From: Laetmonice hystrix
Lineage: Eukaryota
Assembly: GCA_965235115.1 (NCBI GenBank)
Contig: OZ249445.1
Location: 18,290,001-18,354,000, forward strand
DNA length: 64,000 nt
Direction of reading: 5' to 3'
The translations under genes and the position numbers were made by a program. The first letter of the stretch is position 1. The number at the start of each line of letters is the position of its first letter. Under the pieces are notes generated by a model. It worked only from the letters and a program-made list of their open reading frames with translations. It was not told where the DNA came from and ran no database searches. Positions 41,601-54,500 of the stretch are shown one piece after another.

Positions 41601-43427
41601 CAGGTCTCCCTCCTGGATATACCAACTCATTCTATAAAAGACACTTTTAGGGCGAATAGCCCTGCTTTATTATAGGACCCCAACATAAAAGAGATCCCTG
41701 GAAAATTTAATATAAGCTCCTCTTTTCGTGGAGAGCAAAATTTCCAGACTGGCCTTTTAGTGCCTGTCCTAGACTGATGATTTACATGCAATGGCATGCA
41801 CTTTCCCCCCGACAACGAAGAAGTTCAAGACCTAATGGAATGACACAAATACGCTAAAACCAAAGTTTAGGAGTCTGGCGGTGACAGAGACAGAGCAAGT
41901 TACTGTCACTGGTAGAGCCTGGCCTGCCTGCCGCCCTGCCTGAACACAACTACGGTATACCAGGACCACAGTCACTGAAGGCTCTTCCCAGCACGACTAG
42001 TAGACCCGCTTCCATTCTGAGCCGTTCGGTGGGAATCGCGGCACTTTACAACACGTGGACACCCGGGCCTCAAAGACACCACGGTTGCAACATTATATGG
42101 CTTCATTGATCGGTCACCAATGGGGAGGGCGGAACAACCCCCCAGCCCCCCTCCCCCCGTCCCCAGCCACCTCCGCTCATGAAACCGCTGCCCTACAGCC
42201 ACTGGTCCACAAACAGTATTCACCTGCTGCTATAACGGACGCACTGCTATGAAAGCGTTATGAATGCCTTCATTGCAAGCCGGGCTGGTATTAAAGTCAC
42301 GCCCCACTATATTTTTCCTCTCAACTTGCCTTGATATTTGATCCAGTCAGGCCTCGATGAATACTCTTAATATAATTTATTAAATGAAACACTGTGCGTA
42401 AAAGCCACTCCCTCTATGTGGGAATACTATTTTTTTTAAACATGTGAAAGCCTCATGTGTCTCATACACAATACCTCGCTTGACAAACTAGTGCAGCCAA
42501 TGCGGATATAGAACTTTTTTCACAATATGATTGTGTACCTGATCTTTATAAAGTGGCCTTCTGCCATTCTTGCCTTCCAAACCAGTCGTAGTCCCCTGAA
42601 CAGGTCCTCCAGGAATTAGGAACCTGCCTTTCTGGCATTCCATGCCATAATAGTATTAGCTCAGAATAAGCTACCTGTTCAACAGTAAATCATGGCTAAA
42701 TAGCAGCAATTCACGTTCAAGTGAATCATTCATAATGCATTCCATCAAGCACGTTGTGTTTTCCCCCTTCCATGACAGGGCAGATTCAGCATACCATCAT
42801 ACCTGCGATCATACCTGGTTCACTGTACCATTCCTTTGTATAATCTCCTAAATTTGAGACCGATATTGCCTTTTTATTCTTTCGCCTTTTTAAAAACAAA
42901 AGTTCCACAATATCGCTACTGTGATACAAGACACCTTTACAAACGACGCTAATGTTTCTGAATTTTTTCTTTAATGATTACAGGAAGGAACGGTATCGAC
43001 TTACAGACGGACAGACGGACGGCTTTGAGGAAGTTTGACAATGCAGGATTCTGTCATCCTCTGAGATTTCTGGCTCTCTCCGCATCAGTGCTTTTTATAT
43101 CAGGCCTAGCGTGTCTGTGAACATCCCTATGGTAACGATATCAAGCCAATGGCTCCTCTCACCAACATAAATTGTGCCGCCAATGCTTGGCACTTCTTCA
43201 GAGAATACGTGTTATTGGTGTGCTTTCTACACCATTAGTCTGTAAGAATAATGGGAGTCACTGCTGTGGTGTTCAAATAACAACACGGAATACGACAGGA
43301 GCAAAACGACAGCGGCTTCTTAAAATGACTGATTAAAGACTCCCTGTCACACGAGCGGAACTGCGTGTGGAGCGACAACAAACAAACTAAGAGGTAGAGA
43401 GAACTTTCAGTCTGCAAGGAGGTGGGT

Positions 43428-43564
43428 ATCACTACTAGATGGTATCCTAGGGCAGTGATGTCTCTCCGACTGATCACTACTAGATGGTATCCTAGGGCAG
43501 TGAGGTCTCTCCGACTGATCACTACTAGATGGCATCCTAGGGCAGTGAGGTCTCTCCGACTGAT
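43428..43564. repeat. 45-bp minisatellite, 3 copies
   Basis: atcactactagatgg(t/c)atcctagggcagtga(t/g)gtctctccgactg at 43428, 43473, 43518. It accounts for the repetitive ORFs 43235-43573 and 43422-43964. Confidence 0.95.
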
Positions 43565-44943
43565 GCGGCTCACAGACTACCTGGGAATGTTGTCATCTGG
43601 TGGGAAGCCGAAGGGGAGCCGGGGTGAGTTCATTTATCATTGTAACCCCCTCTCCCCCAACCCCGACCCGCTCTCATACAACCCCCACCCTGGGCACTGT
43701 CATCCACCTCCGAGTTCCTCTCCTTCACGTATCGCAATGATTTATGTATTCATACATTCTCTCCCTCCTTACCTACTCCTATATAACACTGACTCTCTCC
43801 CCGTCAACCTGGGATCACCCATATACCCTGGCTGTGTATGGCAGCACTCAGCACACTTAGTAATTACACCTCCCAATCCTGGCACACTTTCCTACACCTT
43901 TATTCAACCTGCACCCCAACTCCTGGAAACGACGCATTTCTCAAAAACACAAGGCCGGCCTTAGTACTTCAAAGACTTCCCCATGTTTCTTACCCCTAAA
44001 ATTCCATTATTATGTCCATTACGTTCTATCATGGAATAAAGACCTTCAGGATGCAGCATCATTTCACCTGCTCTCACGACATAAACACTCCCTCCAGTCC
44101 CATCAGAACTGCCATTAAAGGAAGACAACAACATTTACTATTTCAGTTTGGCACTGTCTCCGGCAGTAACTCTCTCACCCTACTGACTGAGACCCGCCCC
44201 AGTGGTTTAATGAGTGGTTTGCGTCCCTGCTGTAGAAGAAGATTAATGGACTTTTGATTATAGCGGGTGGCAGTAAATGTGTCAGGGTGTATATAGGTCA
44301 CTCGTCTCCAGAATCAAACGGTGTCTGCTGAAGGCAATCGCAGGGAACCTCTTGCTCCTCCGAGAGAGACATCGTCATATCACCCAACCGATCACTGATC
44401 ATCATCGCATGACCTTACAATGACTCCTTACAACGACGACATCCTTTCCTCCGGACCCACGCTCCCAGCTGAGCACTATGGGTTCACAGGTCATGACGCA
44501 ATAGTCTTACTTAGGATGGAAACCTGATTTCCAGGATTCCGACAAGACATTATTGACAAGACCTATCGAGGCTGCTTGAAAAGGCTCGCAAGAGATTGTA
44601 CATTTGGAATAACATTCATGCGTACTGGGGGACAGGTTCTTCCAGATTTACGGTCTGCAGGAACGTCAATATTATAACGTTGTTTCCTACTCCGATGTGG
44701 TGTACTTTAATTCTGAGCACTATGTGAGCGACCACTGGCTCCCCCCTCCCAATAAAAAAAACCCTTTCGATTGACAATTTCAAACTGCATAGTTATTTTC
44801 TCATTCCCGCTTATTACAGAGGCGTGGCTGTAATTGAAGTGGATATTTCTTTCTCCTATGTTTCTCCTACCAATCCAATGTAGGAGGAATGCTGACGTAC
44901 AGCCGGTAGGAAGATGTAACGCTGTTATCAGTGGAGTGTCTTT

Positions 44944-45025
44944 ACTCACCAACTTGTACAAAGAGAGAAGCTCAGGAAGCTTTACTTACCTGCAAGAAAC
45001 AGAAAAAGACATTGGAATAAGTCAC
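44944..45025 (-). other. Candidate recursive splice site (ratchet point) with 40-nt cryptic poison RS-exon (44950-44989)
   Basis: Minus strand reads gtgacttattccaatgtctttttctgtttcttgCAG|GTAAGTaaagcttcctgagcttctctctttgtacaagttg|GTGAGT. Strong tract, perfect donor at the junction, second donor at 44949-44944, stop codons in all three frames of the 40 nt. Confidence 0.85.
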
Positions 45026-48000
45026 AGTTTACATCAATATCGAAACGTTAACAAGTCATAGATCTGTAGACCGTTAAATATTCCATCCATCATGTATGGT
45101 ATCTCATTCATCAACTATTACATCGGTCAATGGTCAGTAATCACAAAGTCGCACTATGATGAAGTGTGTTTAGTATTCAAATATACATAAGTAGCAACAT
45201 ACAGAGGGAACCGTTCAAATTCCATGAATCGGTCCGCAATGAAGGTTACGTAACCTTCTAGTATAACGACCCCATTACAATATCCAGGCCCGCCTCCTCC
45301 ATACTACAGGACGGCCCTCCCACTGTAAACACAGATAACATGGCACTGACCCACATCCCACCCACCAACCTGCCCATCCTTACCACCTGGGCCTCCACTG
45401 CCGCACCCTCCCTCCCTGCTGCGCTCCAAGTCATAAACCTAGCACAATGCCATCCTCCCTCCACGTAATATTGTTATAAGCCACTTAAAGCATCATCTCT
45501 GGCGGCTGGCTGTCTTGGCTGGAGTACTTACTCCTCTTGGGAGGACTCTCTTTACCAGTGAGCCCCATCGCGCACTTGGTCTACTTGAATACTAGTATCG
45601 CCATCCATCTGGTCACACCACGCGGCCAACAATACCGACTCGACATACACATTAACAGTCTTATCTCTACGGCTGACGAATGCCTTTCGCGGGGGATAGA
45701 AACCGCGCACAACCCGCCAGCCACACTGACAGCCGTCATCAAGAGAACAAAATCTAACACCGCAATGTAAAGGCTTCACTAGTGCTCATGCCGTATTTCC
45801 AACGGCTGCTTTCTTTTCACATTAAGTACTATCAGCTTCCCTGAAAATACGAGGACAAGATCTCAAATTACTATGTTCATAATTATGAGAATATTACTCT
45901 GGTAAGCCGAGCAGGAGATTTATTTTCTTTTCTGTTTTAAAATGAGGAGGTACTTCATAAATAACTGTACTAGTCGAGCTTTACTCCTGCTTGGCCAATT
46001 TTACGAGCTCTGATTGCTGGACACTTTCCGAGCCAAGCCTCCATTCTCCTCCCACCCAATGTTTTGTGAAGGGGTGACCTGTCCCCAACTCCAGCTGAAG
46101 AAAACCTTGTTACAAGCAACCTCCCCAGTCTGGCATTCCAGACTAAGGACCACCGACAGTTAAATGTATTCGGAACACGACGCATCGAGTCTTTATTGGA
46201 TAACTGGGCCGGCCTGGGCCTGCCATAATTCTGTACACCTAACAATAATTGAGTCGGGAAGATTAATAGGATGGCAGTCCTAATAGCCAAGTTTCTGGGC
46301 CAGCCAGTAACCATCTTTTGTCCCGCCTCGGAACGTAATCACACGATATGTAGATGGACCTATCAGGGACTCGGCACCAGTTTGCATTGGATATCGGCTG
46401 AAGTCGCGCTGACTTAGCCTAAATCTCAAAGTGTCGGGAAATGCCTTGACTTATGGTTCCAAATATAAACTGTTTACATTCAGATCTTAGTTTCGGCTCC
46501 ATTGTCACCCTTGTATTTCTGTACATTCCACTGACTGCACAGCGTGGATTCCAACAGAGATAATTCAAACCGTCCAAGAGCGATCGTCAAAGTTTACGAT
46601 TCAGCTGAAATGACGTGACATTTGAAATCAATTGATATCACTCCGCATCGTCATTATCTGATCTCATCATAATGTAATCATCCTGACCCCCCCCCCCTGC
46701 CCGTTCCCACACTGACAGACCCTCCCTACACCTCATACCTGTCCCTTGACGTTCTGTCCTACACGGGCGGGTGACAGCGTGAGGTGCAGACACTGATGTC
46801 CTCCACATGGCCCTACCTCCACTTGTTGAGCGAGTACCAGACATTGGTGATGGCATGTTCAACCTGACAGTAACTTGTACGGCCTTTGATACTGTCTGCA
46901 TATCTAACCAACCTTAACTATATACTACACTCCATTACACAATACAATACCAACCGCTGCTGGCACTTTATGTAGACAGTGTTCGTTATTATCATAACAA
47001 AGTCAACAAAAGACGTTTCATGATACTTTATGGTGCAAGTCTGCTTTCATACACCGAATTACCATAACGACGTAAAACATGCCTCTACATGTATTCTGGA
47101 AACATGACATTATCGAGATACAGCAACTGATACACGACAATGCACTATCTAAACTTCATACGTCATCAATCATCCATAATTCTGGGCCAAAGATTCCACA
47201 TGGAATTTTTCATTTTATAACAGAGAAACCTTCCATGTTGGGCTACCACCTAGTTTGAAAAGGTTTGAACCCTAAAGCGACTGCTCAAGTGCTAGCTTTG
47301 AGAATTCTTACTTTCAAATGCCTTTTAGCCGAGGTAAGTATGGACCCTTGCCTAGTGCCATTCGACTTCGACAATGTAGTTGACTTATAAGTGTATACAT
47401 AGAGCCATGCCTCGACAAAAATTCAATGTCGGACTCCGATTCAGTGGCATAATGTCAGCAGATGTGGTCGGCTCGAGTAAATATGCCGAGTACGCAGAGA
47501 CATCCACCCGACCCTACTCTCATAATAGATGATTGTCGCGCGAATCTCTCTACTCAAATACTTTCCCAAACTCAAACACCTCTTGGTGATGATTGGGGTA
47601 TCTTAATATAATATCATTTATCAATTATGACTGATGTGAAGAAAAAACCTACATTGATGTAGACATAAAGGAATTTGTAGCCCACTCAGTGTAATCAGGT
47701 TTATCTGCGGGCTGGGGTCAGGGGTGCTTCGCTTTGTTGGTTTAGGTTTCACCAGTTCATTATAGGTAAGATCAAGATATGCATGCTCAGGTGTGAGCTG
47801 TACAGTGAACCTGAGGGATCATCCCCGCCAGGTGTGAGTCACCTGGATTCAGGTGTGCAATAAACAGGTTCATCACGATCCCATACAACTCCCCCCTTCC
47901 CTTCCATACTTCACCCTCCATCACACCCTCAATCAACCACCCTTACTACACCCCATCCCCCGGCTCCAATTCAGATCCACCTGCACATATGTTAATGGCT

Positions 48001-48269
48001 GCTGCTCATATAAATACCATTTGATTCCCACAGGTGACAGAAACACTCCACATTTGACTTCATTTCGAGAAAAAAACTGGTAACGAATTCCTGGTCAGGT
48101 GTGGAGCCACTGTTTGACTTTCACATGACGGACCATGTACAATTTGTACTATTCTAACTATGTGTGAATGCTTCGGGAGGCGTTGTCGCATTTTCCATGC
48201 CACGCGTGGGTCGAATGACTGCGACCAATTATAATGTAAGTTTGATAGTATTGATATTGACTGGGCATT

Positions 48270-48400
48270 CATCATTTACCATGTAGTCACACAATTTAAG
48301 CATTACCACATGGACAACTCTCACTGGTGCCCTTTCTGTGCCATATTATAACTTAAGCGTCATAGCATTGCCCTGATTCAAAAGAAGTCCGTTTCCGATT
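48270..48400 (-). mobile_element. Possible decayed LINE ORF2 C-terminal CCHC zinc knuckle
   Basis: Reads TSFESGQCYDA*VIIWHRKGTSESCPCGNA*IV*LH, like R.G(H)...L.r.g..s..C.CG..Et..H. Several stops. Confidence 0.25.
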
Positions 48401-51400
48401 TTGTCTCGTTATTTTGCCAACTCTCCTTGTACATCAGGCCAACTCTCCGTTCACTGTGGGGCAGCATGATGGCCTGAACACCTTCCTCATCATGCCGTCT
48501 AGACCAGATCAAAGAGTGGTTCGTGTATGGAGACTATAAACCTGGACTGGGGGTGCTGTGAGATGGAGGAGTCTCGACACCCTCCAAGTCATGTTGTTGT
48601 TTGACACTCCAACCTGATGCTTCACTTGATTTTAGCCACCACTGACCTGAAACCACTTGACATTTTAAGTCGCCTTCAACTGTCTGCATTCCCACAGGTC
48701 GTCCCATTGAGACCGGGGCTACCCTAGCTGTACTCTTCATTTTTATACTTTCTCCGGTATATTCCGCATGGCACGTGACCTCTTTTTGAAGAGAAGACCC
48801 ACCAAACCTGACACTGGAGTACGTATACGGTTTAACTTCTGTGTCACATATTGCAGATCTGTGGTCAGTTTTGTTTTAGTGCCATTATCATCCAACAAAA
48901 CTAATGTAAAAGAACGTTCCTAATCCACTTTCTGAAACCACGCACAAATGAGCCCAAAACTGAGTTAAAAAGACCATCCTTTACTGAGAAGAAAAGATTC
49001 TGGTGAAGTCCTGTTTTCAGCTTTTCTTACAAAAGTCGCAATTGTGAGAAAATACGTTTTAAAATCATTTGCGCCACCTCGACTGGGGCGTCTCCTTTGA
49101 ACATTTTCTTCTCTGTAATTACTGAAGTCAACTGAATGGATCAAGTACCGGCTTCAACAGTCCAATTCACAACAGCTACACAAACATCTCCCATTTTTTA
49201 CCCCTCCCAGATCAAGCCGATCAAAGAAAACACCTTTTTTTCCCCAAATGGCGACCAACACTCATAGCTGCAGGTCCTTTGCCTAGTCTCAAATTATCCA
49301 GTTGCCAGTAGGTCCATACTTTGAGCACTTGGCTTCTAAAGGACGCACCAGTGAACGAGGAACTACGAACTGTTTATTTGCAATCAGCTGTTCAAGCTGC
49401 CGAAACAAGTGGTTGGAGGCAGTGATAAAATGCTCTGATGTGAATCTAAGTTTGCATTAAAAAATAATGTCACCGGCCAGTTTACTGGTGCATTTCCAAG
49501 TCCATTGGTATTTCCCCCTTTTTTGTAAACGAAGCTCTTCGCTCTTGGCAGCAAGTATCACTTGGGTTCAATATTGCTTTTGTTAGGATGATGAATGTAA
49601 AGATGCGTGTTTCACCAAGTTAAACAAAATAAAGTTTTTGTGGCGATTTATATTTATGTGGCCTCATTTAAACGTTTTCCAAATAACTTTGTTCCCCAGT
49701 GGTAAAATGAAAATCAAAGTTAAATGGCGAATTTTGCGAATTCGGAGGCGAGTGACCAATGGTGAGTGGTCAATGGGTTACCATCCTGGGGTATTAGTTG
49801 CCTCCCTCTTTCCAACATTAAAATCCGTAAATTTTACAGTGTTAAAAGATTCATGCCAAACGCCTTTTAGACCGTTTGCCACCCCTGGCAAACACTTCAG
49901 ACGACGTTCAGGTGAGAAATATGACACTGACGATCCAACACTGGCGTGCTGCATCATTTCAGACAACCCAACCAAGGCAAGTGTCTACACTGTCGGGATC
50001 TAAGAGGTCGAAATCTCAGCACCCAGTGCACAACATGCCGTGTTGGGTTACGTGTACAGTACAGTATTTCAAGAGAAATATGTTGCCGAATAGTCTATAA
50101 TGAGCTGTAAGGGTGGGGGTGGGGTGTATGATGCTATCTAAGGCAGAGAGGGAATGAGTTTTAGTCCGGCTGGATAGGGTCCAGACAGTCGAGATTCCTC
50201 GCCAGCCTTAAAAAGCGTGGAGCCCCAGCATGGTGTACAATGGGTGACTTCACACAGAAAACGCATCCAATTGTGCTAGCTCTGCGGACCCGCTGTGAGG
50301 GAAATTGGCGTTGGTCGCAGGTAGGATATGGCTGTGACTGGCGCCAGTGTGGGCCATGTCGGGGATCCGAACAAGGTCAGTGTTCCGTCCCCGCCCCCCT
50401 CACCACCGACTAACATACCGTACGGACCGGTCAATCAATCTATACCCGCTACCAATCACTCAACAAACCGACGGACGGACGGACGGTGGGCCTCGAGTCA
50501 CTGATCTCTGGGCCGGCCAGGTGTGTACGACTGGGTCAGTCAGCCACAGGAGGTAACCAGCACCTTGGCAAATAATAACTGAATCAGTGAAGCTATTTAT
50601 TGCAAAAGGTTACAATGTGCTGCACATTACAGCCAGCAGTATAGGTTGTAAAGAGAAGACACCATGAAGAATAGCCTCTCTCAGCTGCACGGCTGATGGA
50701 GGTCATAGAATGAAGGAGGAGGGGTCCCCTTATAACTGGTTTACTGTAAACACACGGCATCCTACATCATACAAGTTATGGCCACCACTCCACTCTACCG
50801 ACAGCCTCACCATAGTTTTATCTCCTAAACTCACCTCGACTTAATCAATCGGACCACATATCCCTTCCCCCCTGGTTCCCTGTCAGGTCATTTGTTGACT
50901 AATCCTATTCCAGTCTCCAAGCCGCCTCCTACCTACCATCCATGATTTATACCTCTACCTTTTAGTCCTAAGTGATCAACCTGGATAGACACTTCCAGGT
51001 ACTAACTGTCACTGCTTCTGGGCATCCGTCAACATAGCAGGTGGGCCGTTGTCCTCACTGCGTGCAGTGACCGCTGCCTGCAGCAATGTGGTCCGGACCC
51101 GTATATTATATGATATCTGACTGCTGCGCCAGGTATCAATCATTATACAGCGATAATCCTCCAGATAGTTTAAGTAAGCCAGTCCTGTAAGATGAACTCC
51201 CTCCCATGATAAAGCCATCGCCGCCAATGTGTTGATACAATAGATGACCATTAGTTAATGCCCCTCCAGTAATACCGCATCATCTCCATGGCAGACCTGT
51301 GGTATGAAACACAATCAAGGCGTCCACGGAGGCGGTCGGTCGATGGTACACGTGTCTTACCCACTCATCTCCATTACACGCATAAACGCCCTCAAGCACA

Positions 51401-53691
51401 AAAAAACGAGATCTACTTCGATCTACATCAGGCTCGTGGCAACGTATGCTAAAAACATACGCCGGCCCATGTAAATATCAGACGAGATCTATCAGTCGGC
51501 GGAACATGTATTTTTAGGTTTGAAGGAGAGGCTGGTTAAAAATCAAAAGAGGTAGAACTGGGTAATAATTGGACAATGTGGAGGACGTCTAACTGGAACA
51601 AAGGTACAACAGGGTCATGATGGCCTCCAGGTTTGTTAGTCTGACCCAGTGGGGGGCTGGGGAGACAGGTAGGCCCAGGACACTAATGATACCAGCATCC
51701 TACCCACCTCCTCCCCTCCTCGGCCCGGACTTACCCCCTCCACCCCCTACAAATACGGGAACAGAACCCTGACCCGTTTATAAATTACCTTTCCCAGTGC
51801 ATGGTGAACGTAAGAAGAGTTACATACAACCAGTTTCACATGACCCAGCCTATACGTAATGACGAACCATTCTCGGCATGTTCCCAGATGTTGAGGCCAT
51901 GTTGTGCCTGATTGATTGAAATCTGTTCTCCAGCTGACGTCGCATTCATTTCCTTGTTTTGTCTACGTCTGCAACCCTTGACCGCATTGTGTGTCTTTAT
52001 ACTTAAGTGGGCTTTTCACTGAAGTTTTATGGGATCAACAGGGCTTTGACAGCAACGGTGAGGTCCAGCAAGATCCCACGCATTGTTTGAGGACACGTCC
52101 CTGAATCCTTGCTATTTATACGCACGGATTTGTTCCCATTGTTAAGTGGTCCAAGGTTTGCTTTAGGATGGATTTCGATCCCCAATGCCGAGCAGTCTCA
52201 AGGTGACCAGAAATAAAGGAAGGAACAATGTCCAACACTAATCTTCCACACACACAGACTCTCACGTCGGACCCATTAGGCCAAGGACAACTCCTGTGAG
52301 CTGGAGGCGCAGTCAAAGCCAGCTCAAAGCTTGTTGAAATTAAACAGCGAGCGGCGGCACAACTGAATGGCTAACAACTGGCAGTGAAAAGCATGCCGCC
52401 CGCATACAGTCATTTGGGTCACCCATTAGTACCAATTCTGCCTCAAGTCAACGGCCTCAGACCCTGTGGTCAGTAAACCGAAGGCCGGGCCAATGAATTG
52501 GCCAGATTTGGGGCAGACATTCACTTTCTTCCCTTTCTCCTTCTCAAAACCACCTTTCCCCTCTAAACACCATCGCTGCTGACATAACAACTACCTTGTT
52601 TTTCTCTCAGAAGAATTCTGGCATTCAGTGACAACCTTTTTTGTGAGGGTATTTTTATGTGTAAAGTTTGTCAGGGTTGTTAAGTCCATTTGTGTGGAAA
52701 TATGAATTGTCAGATGCTAGATAGTATTTTTCTTAAATAAAAAACCCAGCGAAACTTGTTAGGATCTATTATGTAAGTCTTCACAAGTAAGCAGGATGTC
52801 TCAAGGGCTGTGCAGCATGGGTAGAGATGAGAGTGTACGCCGATCACAATGATAACCGTGTACCATGACTGAGTCAGTCACCCCTACAACCCCACTCCAC
52901 CCCTCCTATACCACCCCACAACCAACCAACCCTCCGGCCCCTCCAAACACGGTGGTGGCTCCTCCCGGCCCAGGCAGGAATTTACTACCACCACTTTCCT
53001 AGTCTCAAAGATCCCTTTCATGTTGGCCTCTCATGACAACACACCCAGCAAGAATTATGCCTCTCGTAAATTTCTTGGTCTCGGTTTAATCAATCAAACA
53101 AATGTTTTTGCACCATTCCCTTGTATATATATGTACATATCGCATCAGTCTCTATAAATTACGATTGTATTCAGAACAATGGTCGCTTTCTCTATTCAGC
53201 AAATTTACATATTCCTCTGAGTCTGAGTAACCAAGTACGGGCTCAGACTATATCAGATCAGTTCTTTCAAACCTGGCATGTGTTGTCTAGAAATATTTGA
53301 GAATACAGACACCTCAGGGCATCATCCCCCATGGGTCGTGTCCAAGAGAAGTCGCCGAGTGTAAGTGGACACCGCGGTGAGTTACCGCTGGATGTTTTGG
53401 ACCGTGCTGGTGGCCACTGACTGACAAACCAACCCGTAGGGTGTGAAGGCCGGGGTGGTGTGTCTGGGGGCAGGTAAACCTCCCGGGATCACTGCTAACT
53501 TTGGTGCTGGTCTCCCAGATGACCACAGCCACCTGGTACCAGCGGCGGGACACGTGCCACAGCTGCTGTCCTCCGCCCACTGCAAACACACACATACACC
53601 CCCATGATCCCCCCCTCCGGGCGGGTCACCTAACACCCACACCCCCGTCATTTTCACCACCATCATCGCCATGTCCGACAGGCTGCAGATC

Positions 53692-54500
53692 TGTCTCAAA
53701 CATTTCATCTCCAATCATAGGTCAGATATCGATATCGGTGCACAAGGTAGATCTCTATGTCTGATGTCTCAAACATTTCATCTCCAATCATGGGTCAGAT
53801 ATCGATATCGGTATACAAGGTAGATCTCCATGTCTGATGTCACAAACATTTCATCTCCAATCATAGGTCAGATATCGATATCGGTATACAAGGTAGATCT
53901 CCATGTCTGATGTCTCAAACATTTCATCTCCAATCATGGGTCAGATATCGATATCGGTATACAAGGTAGATCTCCATGTCTGATGTCACAAACATTTCAT
54001 CTCCAATCATAGGTCAGATATCGATATCGGTGCACAAGGTAGATCTCTATGTCTGATGTCTCAAACATTTCATCTCCAATCATGGGTCAGATATCGATAT
54101 CGGTATACAAGGTAGATCTCCATGTCTGATGTCACAAACATTTCATCTCCAATCATGGGTCAGATATCGATATCGGTATACAAGGTAGATCTCCATGTCT
54201 GACGTCTCAAACATTTCATCTCCAATCATGGGTCAGATATCGATATCGGTATACAAGGTAGATCTCCATGTCTGACGTCTCAAACATTTCATCTCCAATC
54301 ATGGGTCAGATATCGATATCGGTATACAAGGTAGATCTCCATGTCTGACGTCTCAAACATTTCATCTCCAATCATGGGTCAGATATCGATATCGGTATAC
54401 AAGGTAGATCTCCATGTCTGACGTCTCAAACATTTCATCTCCAATCATGGGTCAGATATCGATATCGGTACACAAGGTAGATCTCCATGTCTGATGTCTC
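53692..54500. repeat. 73-bp minisatellite, 11 copies plus 6 bp
   Basis: Unit tgtctcaaacatttcatctccaatcatgggtcagatatcgatatcggtatacaaggtagatctccatgtctga starts at 53692 + 73n (checked at 53765, 54422, 54495). Only about five variable positions. Confidence 0.98.

Larger units (their letters stand above)
4374..44990 (-). other. Inferred giant intron (minimum extent) of an unseen minus-strand gene
   Basis: Inference from three or four same-strand ratchet-point motifs spread over 40 kb with no recognisable coding exon between them. True boundaries probably lie outside these coordinates. Confidence 0.55.

Noticed and set aside
47745-47795. Plus-strand TAG|GTAAGA ... CAG|GTGTGA resembling a ratchet point
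   Set aside because: AGs at about -12 and -22 break the AG-exclusion zone, the tract is poor and both donors are weaker. It serves as a background example.
43005-50490. Short (GGAC)n/(GACG)n runs at ~43007-43023 and ~50467-50485 as further HINE copies
   Set aside because: No adjacent subTIR, stem-loop or core-unit similarity.
53692-54500. Regular repeat arrays (73, 55, 45, 43 bp) as CRISPR arrays
   Set aside because: Units are head-to-tail with no unique spacers, there are no cas genes, and the context is eukaryotic.
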